Part shown: positions 18,479-27,543 of the stretch, piece by piece
Position numbering within the stretch: position 1 is the stretch's first letter
How the letters are laid out: each line of letters begins with the position of its first letter
Made by a program: the position numbers and the translations under genes
The notes under the pieces: generated by a model
Told to the model about the DNA's origin: nothing
Seen by the model: only the letters and a program-made list of their open reading frames with translations
Database searches by the model: none
Origin: a virus
Lineage: Duplodnaviria > Heunggongvirae > Uroviricota > Caudoviricetes
IMG/VR virus record: IMGVR_UViG_2579778694_000005
Strand: one strand, 5' to 3'
Length of the DNA: 64,000 nucleotides

Positions 18479-20038
18479 ATGACAGTTCGGATTGTATCGA
18501 ATGCAGTCAATGCGCTGATTTCTGGCGCTGATGACAACGTGAAACGGCTCGTTCAGGAGATGTTGAGCTATGAAGTGGAGGCTGGTGACTGGAAAGGAAC
18601 CAGCACGATGTTCAACTGGAGCAAAAACGCATTCCCGGCTGGGTTTGCGAAGCCAGTAGCAGCCAACCTTCTGAAAGCTGGCATAAAATGCGTGCATGTG
18701 CGTAAGGAAAAAGCCCCCGCGCTGGGCAAGCCGAACCCGGTAGTTAACCCATTCCCGTATAACCCGGACTATGCGTATCAGGATCAGACTGTGGAAACAC
18801 TGGTGCGCGAAGGGATGATGATTGCCCAGATTGCGACGGGTGGCGGTAAATCGAACGTAGCGTGTAAGGCAGCTGCTCGCATTGGTCGTATGACGCTGTT
18901 TTTAACCACGCGCTCGGTTCTGATGTTCCAGATGGCAGAGAACTTCCAGAAATCCATCGATTACCGCGCGGAGAATGGCGAGCCGTGGCTGAAAGGCCAG
19001 AAAGTTGGGGTGATTGGATCTGGTGAGTTCCAGGTCTCGCGCCATATCAACGTTGCCACGGTGCAGACCCTGGCCAGTTTTCTCGAAGAGCCACCGCGCG
19101 ACGCATCACCGGAGAAAAAACAGTACCACCTGAAGCGCCGGGAACTGGTTAAGCGCTTTCTGTCCAGCGTTTCTCTGCTGATTCTGGAAGAGGCACACGA
19201 ATCATCTGGTTCAAACTTCTACGATATCGCCCGGTTGTGCATCAATGCCGATTACCGTCTGGCGCTGACAGCTACGCCGTTCATGAAGGACTCGACCGAG
19301 GCAAATATGCGTCTCATGGCCGTTGCCGGCCGCATTGAGATAAAGGTAACGGAGAAATATTTGATCGATCGAGGTATTTTAGCGAAACCATACTTTCTAT
19401 ATCATAAAATCGCGTACACTCCAGACGAGGTGCGGATTAGGGCTGAACTTGCTTCGAAACACCTGAACTTTCGGGTTGGAATGAGTACGGCTTACCAGAA
19501 AGCCTATCAGTTAGGCATCGTTTACAATCTGGGCCGCAACGAGGCTATTGTGCGCGAAGCGTTAATGTACAAAAGTCACGGTCTGAACTGTATGACGCTG
19601 GTTCGTTTGAAGCGTCATGGTCAGATTTTGATGGAAATGATGAAGGAAAGCGGCCTGAAGGTCGATTTCATCTACGGAGAATCAAACCAGACTACCCGAC
19701 AAGCAAAGCTCAACAGTCTGGCGGCAGGCAAGATAGATGTTCTGATTGGTTCAACCATTCTGGATGTTGGTGTCGACGTTCCAAGCGTAGGGGCGGTGAT
19801 TCTGGGTGGTGGCGGCAAAGCCGAAGTTGAGATGCGCCAACGTGTTGGTCGCGGTCTTCGAGCCAAAAAGAATCAGGCTAACGTGTGCTTTATTACCGAC
19901 TTTATCGACGTGAGCAACAAATATCTCATGTCGCATTCATATGAGCGGAAGCACATTATCGACACGACGCCTGGGTTTGCCGAGGGCGTTTTGCCGGTGG
20001 GTAGCACATTCGATTTCACTGTTTTGAATAGAGAGTAA
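18479..20038 (+). CDS. SF2 (DEAD/DEAH-box type) helicase
   Basis: Walker A TGGGKS, DEAH-like LILEEAHES, motif VI QRVGRGLR. Confidence 0.75.
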   Translation: MTVRIVSNAVNALISGADDNVKRLVQEMLSYEVEAGDWKGTSTMFNWSKNAFPAGFAKPVAANLLKAGIKCVHVRKEKAPALGKPNPVVNPFPYNPDYAYQDQTVETLVREGMMIAQIATGGGKSNVACKAAARIGRMTLFLTTRSVLMFQMAENFQKSIDYRAENGEPWLKGQKVGVIGSGEFQVSRHINVATVQTLASFLEEPPRDASPEKKQYHLKRRELVKRFLSSVSLLILEEAHESSGSNFYDIARLCINADYRLALTATPFMKDSTEANMRLMAVAGRIEIKVTEKYLIDRGILAKPYFLYHKIAYTPDEVRIRAELASKHLNFRVGMSTAYQKAYQLGIVYNLGRNEAIVREALMYKSHGLNCMTLVRLKRHGQILMEMMKESGLKVDFIYGESNQTTRQAKLNSLAAGKIDVLIGSTILDVGVDVPSVGAVILGGGGKAEVEMRQRVGRGLRAKKNQANVCFITDFIDVSNKYLMSHSYERKHIIDTTPGFAEGVLPVGSTFDFTVLNRE

Positions 20039-20040
20039 GC

Positions 20041-20319
20041 ATGAGCGAGAAACGCGCTATACACTGCCAGGTTCAGTTAACCGAAAAAGCAAACGACAAG
20101 CTGGAAACCTTTCAGAATCGACTGCGTGAACGCAATATTAAGCTGTCAAAGGCAGACATCATCAATCTGGTGCTGTCCAACATGACGATGGCTGATTTTG
20201 ATAAGGCAGCTACGTCATTAGAGGCTTCTGCAAAGGCCCGTGAAAAGGTCATGAAGATTTACGAATCCTCTGGCATGACCAAAGAAGATCTGGCCGATAT
20301 TCTCAAACGTCTCGATTAA
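20041..20319 (+). CDS. hypothetical protein (92 aa)
   Basis: ORF starting 3 nt after the helicase stop. Confidence 0.5.
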   Translation: MSEKRAIHCQVQLTEKANDKLETFQNRLRERNIKLSKADIINLVLSNMTMADFDKAATSLEASAKAREKVMKIYESSGMTKEDLADILKRLD

Positions 20320-20378
20320 GCATTAAGGGCGTCGCAAGACGCCTTGTTCGTTGAAGTGATAAGGATTTAGTTCAAGCC

Positions 20379-20801
20379 ATGAAACACGTTCTACTTCCAC
20401 TGATTACCATCCCCGTTTTACTCCTGAGTGCATGTTCATCCCGCCCTGTGTCTGTAGCCGATGCAAAACCGGCGCCGCAGGCCAGAGTTTTCAAATACCA
20501 GACGTCTGCACCAACCACGCTGGTGGTTATGAGGGACAAAGGTATGATAGGTGCGGGCTGTGACGCGTCCATCTTCATCAATGGTGAGACGGTTGCAAAG
20601 CTGGAGACCGGTGAAAAAGCGACGTTCCATCTGGATGCCGGGCAATGGATTGTTGGCGCTTCACTGGAAGGCGCCGGACTGTGCGCACTGAACCCTGCTC
20701 GTCAGGAACGCGAGACCATCACCAAAGCTGGCGAGACGAAAGTCTTCCGGGTGTTCACCAGCAACGCAGGTGACATCGATATCCTACCAACGACACTGTG
20801 A
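20379..20801 (+). CDS. lipoprotein (possible superinfection-exclusion type)
   Basis: Signal peptide with lipobox LLSAC (MKHVLLPLITIPVLLLSAC). Confidence 0.55.
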   Translation: MKHVLLPLITIPVLLLSACSSRPVSVADAKPAPQARVFKYQTSAPTTLVVMRDKGMIGAGCDASIFINGETVAKLETGEKATFHLDAGQWIVGASLEGAGLCALNPARQERETITKAGETKVFRVFTSNAGDIDILPTTL

Positions 20802-21333
20802 CGATATGACGAATATTACTGACATCACCTACGGGATTCCTGCAGAAGTCTGGCCGCGCGATTACACCAACGTGGAGAAGGCGCTGATGTTCTGGCGTAA
20901 GTCTCTCATTCCTGTAAGGGTCACGATGGAAGATGGTCAGGTGTTCTGCATGTACGTTCAGGGTCTCATGTCGTCGCGCAACAAAGTCGATCTTTGCCCT
21001 GCCCCGTTCGACAAAGAAAATCGTATAAGGCTCCCACTTGAGCGAATCAGTACGATTGAATCAGGTGTGACAGAAGGCATTGCGCACGATTTCACGGGTC
21101 GGACAACGGTACACCCAGACTATGTGGACAATCGGCCATCTCGCCGTGATTTCTTCAAAATTTGTCGCCAGGCTCATGAGATGCAGAAGTCTATAAGGGT
21201 CTACATGGCGGATGGCCGTGAAATTGAGGGTGTGTCTTCAGGCGTTGACGCTTGCCAGGTCACGCTCAACATGGGGGACGGACGGAAGACAGTCGTCATG
21301 TTCGATTGGGTCGAACGGATTTTACCGTTTTAA
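20770..21333 (+). CDS. hypothetical protein (true start possibly ATG at ~20806)
   Basis: 187-aa ORF. Followed by the terminator hairpin at 21345-21376. Confidence 0.5.
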   Translation: MTSISYQRHCDDMTNITDITYGIPAEVWPRDYTNVEKALMFWRKSLIPVRVTMEDGQVFCMYVQGLMSSRNKVDLCPAPFDKENRIRLPLERISTIESGVTEGIAHDFTGRTTVHPDYVDNRPSRRDFFKICRQAHEMQKSIRVYMADGREIEGVSSGVDACQVTLNMGDGRKTVVMFDWVERILPF

Positions 21334-21344
21334 ATCTATAAGGG

Positions 21345-21376
21345 TAATAACCGGCTAAGTCCGGTTATTATTTTAT
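21345..21376 (+). terminator. rho-independent terminator
   Basis: AATAACCGG-CTAAGT-CCGGTTATT followed by ATTTT. Confidence 0.55.
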
Positions 21377-21655
21377 GTGTCACTTCCCGTTATATTTATT
21401 TCCCCTAATCCCTATTCCATTTTAAATATATAAGGGTGAATGACCGAATAGGGAATTTATTTAGGCAACACCTTCGAGAAAACGCGTTTTATTTCTAAGA
21501 CTTTGATTTTTATTGAAGAAAAATTTTTTCGTTCCCGCGTAAAAAACTCTTGATTTTAATTTCTGTATATCGATAATTGGTCACATCGAAAGCGAACACG
21601 CTAACGATAAACAAATAACAAATTAAGTTATCAATATTACATAAGGATTAAAATC

Positions 21656-22306
21656 ATGTCTAACGTTGCTATCTCTAAAAAATCCATCATCGACGCTGCT
21701 GTAGTTATCGCTAATGAATTACAAGTTGCAGCCAATAACGCTACTCAGACTTATAACAATCATTATCAGAATGGTACGCACACAAAAGCAGATAAAGCTA
21801 ACATGCTTGCAGCGACTACCAAACTTGCATACTTCACCAACAACGTTTTAAACGCTGTTAATGATGAGAAATTAGCTGGTGTCTTTTACTACGCGATTAA
21901 AGCAAGCAAACAAGCGCCAGAAGTGTTTTTCCGCGAAGCTATGACCAATAGCTATTCACTCGAAAAATTGGTTTATCTGGTTAAGTCTATCAAGTCTGGT
22001 AAATGCGTTTATTCCGTCGCTGATATGTCCGGATCTCGCGTATTCGCATTAATCGAAATGATTAATGATGAATTAGAAACATTCACAAATGGCGCTGTAT
22101 TCGATTTAATGAATGAAGCTAAAAAAGCATGTGAGATTAAATTAGACGCTGGCTACACTCAAGCCAATCAGCTTATCAATTTGTGTGAACGTCTCGGACT
22201 GGTCGAGAAAATAAAAGGAATGGGCGCTGCTAAAAACGGATCGCAACAATATCGCTTTATCAAGAATGATTTTTATAACTATCTGGCTGATGCTTTCAAA
22301 GCGTAA
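21656..22306 (+). CDS. hypothetical protein (216 aa) in low-GC moron
   Basis: AT-rich codon usage clearly unlike its neighbours. Own RBS (AAGGA). Followed by hairpin AGCGCCCACTATGGGCGCT. Confidence 0.6.
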   Translation: MSNVAISKKSIIDAAVVIANELQVAANNATQTYNNHYQNGTHTKADKANMLAATTKLAYFTNNVLNAVNDEKLAGVFYYAIKASKQAPEVFFREAMTNSYSLEKLVYLVKSIKSGKCVYSVADMSGSRVFALIEMINDELETFTNGAVFDLMNEAKKACEIKLDAGYTQANQLINLCERLGLVEKIKGMGAAKNGSQQYRFIKNDFYNYLADAFKA

Positions 22307-22316
22307 TTAGATGGAT

Positions 22317-22343
22317 ATAGCGCCCACTATGGGCGCTAGTTTT
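22317..22343 (+). terminator. hairpin terminator AGCGCCCA-CTAT-GGGCGCT + TTTT
   Basis: Perfect 8-bp stem, T-run. Confidence 0.5.
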
Positions 22344-22356
22344 AAGGATAAAAATC

Positions 22357-22560
22357 ATGATTAGTTATGACCAGATCCGCGCGGAATATCGCGCAAAATA
22401 TCGCGCTTATAAACTTGAATTAATCGGCGACTTAAAAGCGCAACGTGACAAATTAAATTTTACGTTTTCTGATTTGCTTAACAGCAAAAGAGACTGTAAA
22501 CGCAAACGTGAATATTTGCGCTTGTCTGAAATGATCGGAAAACTGCAAAACAGCATTTAA
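22357..22560 (+). CDS. hypothetical coiled-coil protein (67 aa)
   Basis: Second moron gene, RBS AAGGATAAAAATC-ATG. Followed by the mirror-image hairpin. Confidence 0.5.
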   Translation: MISYDQIRAEYRAKYRAYKLELIGDLKAQRDKLNFTFSDLLNSKRDCKRKREYLRLSEMIGKLQNSI

Positions 22561-22563
22561 GCA

Positions 22564-22590
22564 ATAGCGCCCATAGTGGGCGCTTTTTTC
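22564..22590 (+). terminator. hairpin terminator AGCGCCCA-TAGT-GGGCGCT + TTTTTT
   Basis: Near-identical, loop-inverted copy of the 22317 hairpin. Confidence 0.5.
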
Positions 22591-23204
22591 GTTTCAAGAT
22601 CCGCACATCATAACGCGCCATTGTTGGCGCGTTTTTTATTGTCTGAAGTCAGCCAAAACAGACCCAAAATAAGCGCCATAAACGCGCCAATTTAACGCGT
22701 TTTTATGTGTGGTGGTCATACCCATTACCCACAATAAAAAACACGTTATAGCGCGTTTTACAGCGTTTTAGCGCGTGGTTTATTTTGTCGTGTCGTGGGC
22801 GTGATCGTCTGGCGATAGCTGGCGACGTGATCCGCGCTATCCTTCGGGACGTGTCGGCAATGTTGGCGCTATCCGTGGGCGCTCGCGTATCATTGGCACG
22901 TTGGCGCGACGTGTACGCGCTTGCAGTGGTTTACCCACGGATTCACATAATCACATAGCGAAAGCTATCTGGATGGCTCAGGGGCTGAAACTCCACCAGC
23001 GTTACCCCAGCGCCCCTGCGATATTTTCTGGCAGGATTCTGGACTTCTCCCGCTCTGTTTTCTACATAAAGGCAAACCCAGCCGTTTCCCGAAAATTCCC
23101 TGGCCGTTTCCCTTCGGTTCCCCGGACAGCCCTCTGGCCGTTTCTGAATATCCCTGCGGCAGCTGGTGGACGAAAAGAAAGGGGCGTTTCCAGCCCCTCC
23201 CCTC

Positions 23205-23687
23205 TTACTTGCCAGTCAGGATGTGAATGCGGTTCTTTCCGTACACCTCTTTCACGTATTCCCCGCACGAGACACTCCACGAGTCGATTCCTGCTTCGTA
23301 GGTGACGTTTTTGCACTTGATGGCATTGTTGGCGATACGCATCCCCTCCCCCACTGCTTCCTGTTCGCTGAAGTCGAACCCGGATTCTGTTTTAACCCAT
23401 AGCGCGATCTGCGTGGCGAACTCGATGAGTTTTGACTGGCAGAAGCGACCGCTGCGTACCGGGAAGATGAATACGCCAAATCCCGAAGTGGAGACATACG
23501 CTTTTTCAAATACGCGTTTATGGCGACGGTTGCAGATAATGTCATTGGTGATCTGCTGTTTCTCTTTCCCGGACAGCTCGATGGTTACATTGTCACGCCA
23601 GGCTCCCAGCACGCTTTTCTCGTTATCAGAGAACGTCACAGAAATATGGCCATGCGCAGGGGTGTTAACAGTAGCGATAAAGTTCAT
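23205..23687 (-). CDS. hypothetical early protein (160 aa)
   Basis: RBS AAAGGA, ATG at 23687. Preceded by a motif-A copy (23701-23735). Confidence 0.6.
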   Translation of the reverse strand: MNFIATVNTPAHGHISVTFSDNEKSVLGAWRDNVTIELSGKEKQQITNDIICNRRHKRVFEKAYVSTSGFGVFIFPVRSGRFCQSKLIEFATQIALWVKTESGFDFSEQEAVGEGMRIANNAIKCKNVTYEAGIDSWSVSCGEYVKEVYGKNRIHILTGK

Positions 23688-23700
23688 GGTGATAATCCTT

Positions 23701-23735
23701 TAAACAACTTGTTTTCTTGTTGGTTTAATTATCGC
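23701..23735 (-). promoter_or_regulatory. motif-A element
   Basis: TAAACAACTTGTTTTCTTGTTGGTTTAATTATCGC. Confidence 0.5.
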
Positions 23736-23892
23736 TACGCGCATAAGGCGTCCAAGCGTTCTGTTCCGGCAGCTGGTGGCCGGCAGGGAGTCGGAGGGTT
23801 GTTCGGTAGCCTGGCGACAAGAGGTGGGTGTTTTTAGCCTGCGGGAAACAGGATGGTCATTTAAGGCCACCGGCGTGGGTGGCCTCGTTCTC

Positions 23893-24180
23893 TTAGTGGA
23901 GCAGACCGACGTCGATGGTATCGCCGGAGCCATCCACGCGGATCATCAGCATGGCGAAGGCATTTAATGGGTAGCCTGCGTGCCAGTCCGGGAAGCGGTC
24001 ATCGCGCATGAAGTCGGCAATATCATAAACGCTGTCCTCAAAGCGGAAGAAGCGGGCATCACATTGTTCGTCCTGTTCAACGTGATCCATTTCCTGCTGT
24101 TCTTCCGGCGACAGGTCGAGCCAGGATTCCAGCCATACGTTTTCAGCTTTAGGGGAGATAGTGAAATCGGTCATGTGCAT
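23893..24180 (-). CDS. hypothetical early protein (~96 aa, start MHMTDF)
   Basis: Likely start at 24180 rather than the upstream M of the ORF track. A motif-A copy sits at 24193-24227. Confidence 0.5.
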   Translation of the reverse strand: MHMTDFTISPKAENVWLESWLDLSPEEQQEMDHVEQDEQCDARFFRFEDSVYDIADFMRDDRFPDWHAGYPLNAFAMLMIRVDGSGDTIDVGLLH

Positions 24181-24192
24181 ATCCTCAATGCG

Positions 24193-24227
24193 TAAACATC
24201 TTGTTTTCTTGTTGGTGTAATTATCGC
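24193..24227 (-). promoter_or_regulatory. motif-A element
   Basis: TAAACATCTTGTTTTCTTGTTGGTGTAATTATCGC. Confidence 0.5.
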
Positions 24228-24300
24228 ACTGTGGATAAGGCAAAAAACATTTTGTTATCGGGGATAAGAAAATGGCGCGGGGTACGCGCCATTGGAGGGA

Positions 24301-24696
24301 TTAAGCGAATACGCTTTCCGGGATGTAGTTTTCAACCGGTTCGTTGGACACGATGCGCAGACCGTATTGTCCAAGCCAGGTGTTGCTCGGGTTCAAGTAG
24401 GAGGTGTACAGCTCGTCTGCTTTCACCATCATCTTCTCAAACATCTCTTTGTCTACGCCGCGGAAATACGTTTCCAGTTTCAGCAGCATTGGTTCGGATG
24501 CGTCGCTGATGCTCTGGAAGCCTACGGTGTACACCCAATCCTCTTCTGTCCCGGTGCGGATCAGGGTGGTGGTGAGCACTTCAGTCCCGTTCGTGCTGTC
24601 ACGCAGAATAGCGGTCAGTTTTGCAACTTTTCCGCCTGAGGTTGTTTCTGACGCATAGTACAAATCAAGAACCAGGTTTTCACGAATTACAGTCAT
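24301..24696 (-). CDS. hypothetical early protein (~132 aa, start MTVIREN)
   Basis: ATG at 24696 with RBS CAGGGAGA. The ORF-track start at 24747 overlaps a promoter-like palindrome. Confidence 0.5.
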   Translation of the reverse strand: MTVIRENLVLDLYYASETTSGGKVAKLTAILRDSTNGTEVLTTTLIRTGTEEDWVYTVGFQSISDASEPMLLKLETYFRGVDKEMFEKMMVKADELYTSYLNPSNTWLGQYGLRIVSNEPVENYIPESVFA

Positions 24697-24824
24697 TTTT
24701 GGTCTCCCTGTTGTTGACCTGATTATATTATTGTCATAGGTAAGCACTTACAATACGGGCAAGCAAAAAAGCCCCGAAGGATGGACGGGGCTGTCGTAGT
24801 GACGACTAATCGCTTTTGCACATG

Positions 24825-25136
24825 TCAGGCTGTCGCCAGGAGAGAGGCACGCTGGATTTCTTGCTGGGCTACTTTGTTCGCTTCCAGTAGCGCCTGTTCC
24901 AGCTCTCCTTCCGGCCAGATGATCTGTTTTGCCATCCACCCTCTCCCACTCTGGCGACGCACACTCATTACGTAACGCGTGCGGGAACCATTGTCGAACG
25001 AGACCAGCGTCTCTTTGAACAGGCGAATGGCAGTGCCGTTGGCGATGATATCGAGCAGGGTCAGCTGGCTCATTACGGTTGGTTTTTCTTTACGTGGCTG
25101 GCCCGCGCTCAGTTTGGTGATCATCGCGTTTTTCAT
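24825..25136 (-). CDS. hypothetical early protein (103 aa)
   Basis: RBS GGAGTG, followed upstream by motif-A 25148-25183. Confidence 0.55.
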   Translation of the reverse strand: MKNAMITKLSAGQPRKEKPTVMSQLTLLDIIANGTAIRLFKETLVSFDNGSRTRYVMSVRRQSGRGWMAKQIIWPEGELEQALLEANKVAQQEIQRASLLATA

Positions 25137-25147
25137 AATTCACTCCG

Positions 25148-25183
25148 TAAACAACTTGTTTTCTTGTTGGTGTAAACAATTCC
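25148..25183 (-). promoter_or_regulatory. motif-A element
   Basis: TAAACAACTTGTTTTCTTGTTGGTGTAAACAATTCC. Confidence 0.5.
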
Positions 25184-25276
25184 AGCGAGAAAACGGCTAC
25201 AAAGCATAGCGTTACGGTGCTGCGCTGCCCCGGAGGTTGCAAACAGCAAAAAGCCACCGTGCTGGTGGCCTCACTC

Positions 25277-25495
25277 TTAATCTTCGTCGTCCGGGAACTC
25301 GATGTGTACCGCGTCCACCAGCTCCCGCTGTTCATCTTCACTGAGCAGTTGCCAGATATCCTTCCCTTTGGGTGATTCCCCTTCAGCCGGGACGAAAGAC
25401 CACAACTTGCGGTACAACTCCGGCCCCACAGCATCCAGACACTCAGCCAGTGAATCCACGCCCCACACCTCAACCATCACAGGCATCTTAATCAT
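25277..25495 (-). CDS. hypothetical acidic small protein (72 aa)
   Basis: ORF with 4-nt spacing to the upstream gene. Confidence 0.45.
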   Translation of the reverse strand: MIKMPVMVEVWGVDSLAECLDAVGPELYRKLWSFVPAEGESPKGKDIWQLLSEDEQRELVDAVHIEFPDDED

Positions 25496-25499
25496 CTCT

Positions 25500-25733
25500 T
25501 CACCCTAACTTCGTTTCTGACGTCGTGCAGTTCCACGCGACGGACATTGGGTTGTCCTCGATATGGAAATCAAACGTCCCTTTTCTATATCCTTCAGAGA
25601 TGAGCGTCGCCACGCGACCAGCAACATCCTGGGAACGGATAACGTCATCGAGGGAGATCTCACACTCGGGGGACTCTTCCTCGCCACAGAGGGTGATGCT
25701 GATATTCAGATGCTTGTACATGTGTTTCTCCAT
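25500..25733 (-). CDS. hypothetical small protein (77 aa)
   Basis: RBS GGAGAAACAC-ATG. Motif-A at 25738-25772 upstream. Confidence 0.5.
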   Translation of the reverse strand: MEKHMYKHLNISITLCGEEESPECEISLDDVIRSQDVAGRVATLISEGYRKGTFDFHIEDNPMSVAWNCTTSETKLG

Positions 25734-25737
25734 TGTC

Positions 25738-25772
25738 TAAACACGTTGTTTTCTTGTTGGTGTTATTATCGC
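25738..25772 (-). promoter_or_regulatory. motif-A element
   Basis: CTAAACACGTTGTTTTCTTGTTGGTGTTATTATCGC. Confidence 0.5.
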
Positions 25773-25863
25773 AATAAGAAATCGGGGAAAAAGAATTCCT
25801 TAAAGGCTGATGTGCTTGTGCCGATTTATTGCTATGTATGTATCTGGCTAACTCAGAGGGAAT

Positions 25864-26109
25864 GTGATGAGCACTAAAGACTACACAGACGGGTACTTCA
25901 GCATCGACGCCGAAAGAGGCGAGTTGCTACATGGCGGCATCGCTGTCGGACGCGTCGTTTTGGTTAACGGTCAGATTTACACAGAGCTGGACGATACCAG
26001 TTCAAGCGCACCTGTCGTCTCCGGCCCCTTCGGGACAAGAGAAGAGGCGCTCGATGATTTGTGGGACAACAGGGACGATGCGAATCAGGGCAGTGAGATT
26101 TTCGAATAA
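25864..26109 (+). CDS. hypothetical acidic protein (81 aa)
   Basis: RBS GAGGGA 7 nt before the ATG. It is the lone plus-strand gene in this block. Confidence 0.45.
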   Translation: MMSTKDYTDGYFSIDAERGELLHGGIAVGRVVLVNGQIYTELDDTSSSAPVVSGPFGTREEALDDLWDNRDDANQGSEIFE

Positions 26110-26139
26110 ACGTCCTCGGCGATTTCACCACCAAAACCC

Positions 26140-27380
26140 GTAACCCTTTACACTAGATCTAGCTTCCCGATATGAGCGTGCGAAGCTGATCTGGTCCCAA
26201 CGCTCAACTGCGGGATTCACCAATTCCCGCACTCTTCAGGTGAATGAGGAAAAGGCATACTCCCGCAGCCGTCCCTCGCTCTGTACCGGGATGTACCCGT
26301 TTCCCGACCGGCAGCCAGCCTTTTCCCGGTTCGTATAGCGGGATTCCCACCGTTTCCCTGAAAACCTCCAGCCTTTACCCTGCGGCGATGCTCCCGTTCG
26401 TGAAAAGGGAAACGGCCTTTTCCCTGGATGGCCCGAAGGCTGACCGAAGGGGTGGAGAGAGACATTACGGGTGACAAAAACTATGGCTTGAATTTCTACG
26501 AAGAAAGTAGCGATACCTCTCTTCCCCTTCCCACTTATACCTCCAGTTCAATCTCTACGGATTTTCTCTCCTGTGGACGTGCAAACCTTCCCCCTGATAA
26601 CGCTCTATACGGCAAGTATTCCTTTGGGTGAAATGGGTGGTTTGTTCTCTCTATCGGCGTATGTGGTTTCGTTGTTCTTGAGGTGGTTCTTCTCTGTGTT
26701 TTCGTCTGGGTTGTTCTCGTCGTTTTGGTGAGTGTTCTTCTCCGTGTATGGAGTAATGGCAGGTGCGCTTTTCTCTTCGTTTACGTGAAATGATGGAAGT
26801 GTGGGTAATGGCAGTAGGGCGCTTTTGCTGTTCTCCGCATGTGAAGTAATGGCGTTCCCTGCTATTCAGGAATTTGCGCTCTCTTTCGGGGTAATGGTGG
26901 GTAAACGAGATGGCGACGGTTCCTGTTCTGGTCTGGGGTTGTACGGGGTTTCGTTCTGACTGTTCTTCTCCGTGTATTGGGTAATGGCGTGTAGAGGTTT
27001 ACGTGCGCGAGCTGCGTTCTCGGTAGCCTGGGAAGATTAGGTGGGTGGTCTGTAGCCTGTGGCAAAGAGGTGGGTCTTTTCGGTAGCCTGACAGGAAGAG
27101 GTGGGTGTTTCCGGGATTGCGGCTAATGGCGTCTCTGAGTTTCCTGTGGGTGTGGTTAACTTGTTTTCTTGTGCATGAAAACAACTTGTTTAGACGTCCA
27201 ATATAACGCAACGGGAGCGCTTCTGAGCGTGTTTGTTTTTGGGTGGTATCACTAGTCGTTTTTGACGTTTTGTCGCAGGGAGATGGATTCTGGTGCGCAG
27301 GATTTTGCGTATAAGAGATGGCGTGTGAAAACGTCAACTTTTTAGACCAAATCAGGGGGAAGCGTTGACTTTTCGTTGAT
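26140..27380. repeat. 1.2-kb gene-free repeat-rich region (CCGTTTCCC, GTAATGGC, GTTCTTCTCCGTGTATKGRGTAATGGC and CGGTAGCCTG..AAGAGGTGGGT repeats)
   Basis: No credible ORF. At least 7 spaced copies of G(G/T)AATGGC. A ~29-bp direct repeat at ~26730 and ~26965. Two to three copies of TTCGGTAGCCTG-N-AAGAGGTGGGT. A cluster of TTTCCC motifs at 26290-26450. Confidence 0.6.
27155..27195 (-). promoter_or_regulatory. motif-A element (split/duplicated form)
   Basis: GTTAACTTGTTTTCTTGTGCATGAAAACAACTTGTTTAGAC. Confidence 0.4.
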
Positions 27381-27384
27381 GTGT

Positions 27385-27416
27385 TATTTATTTGTTTTCT
27401 TATGGGTGTAATTGGC
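27385..27416 (-). promoter_or_regulatory. motif-A element (degenerate)
   Basis: TATTTATTTGTTTTCTTATGGGTGTAATTGGC. Confidence 0.35.
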
Positions 27417-27543
27417 TTAAATGCCTTGTCACGCCTGGGCCGGGGTAGGTTGGATGGGTGGGGAAAGTGGCGATCAACGGATTCTTATAGAAATCCTCAA
27501 TTTGTGACCGCCAATGTCAACGGATTGATTAAGCTAGTTGTGC

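Noticed and set aside
22901-23402. Plus-strand ORFs 22901-23305 and 23166-23402 and the minus ORFs 23062-23316 and 23252-23545
   Set aside because: Arg/Pro/Ser-rich translations of a repeat-rich regulatory tract, overlapping the well-supported minus-strand gene 23205-23687. No RBS.
26217-27337. ORFs 26217-26477(-), 26244-26474(+), 26428-26631(+), 26862-27065(-), 26999-27337(-)
   Set aside because: All fall inside the direct-repeat-rich non-coding region, have Arg/Pro/Gly-biased low-complexity translations and no RBS. Treated as non-coding.
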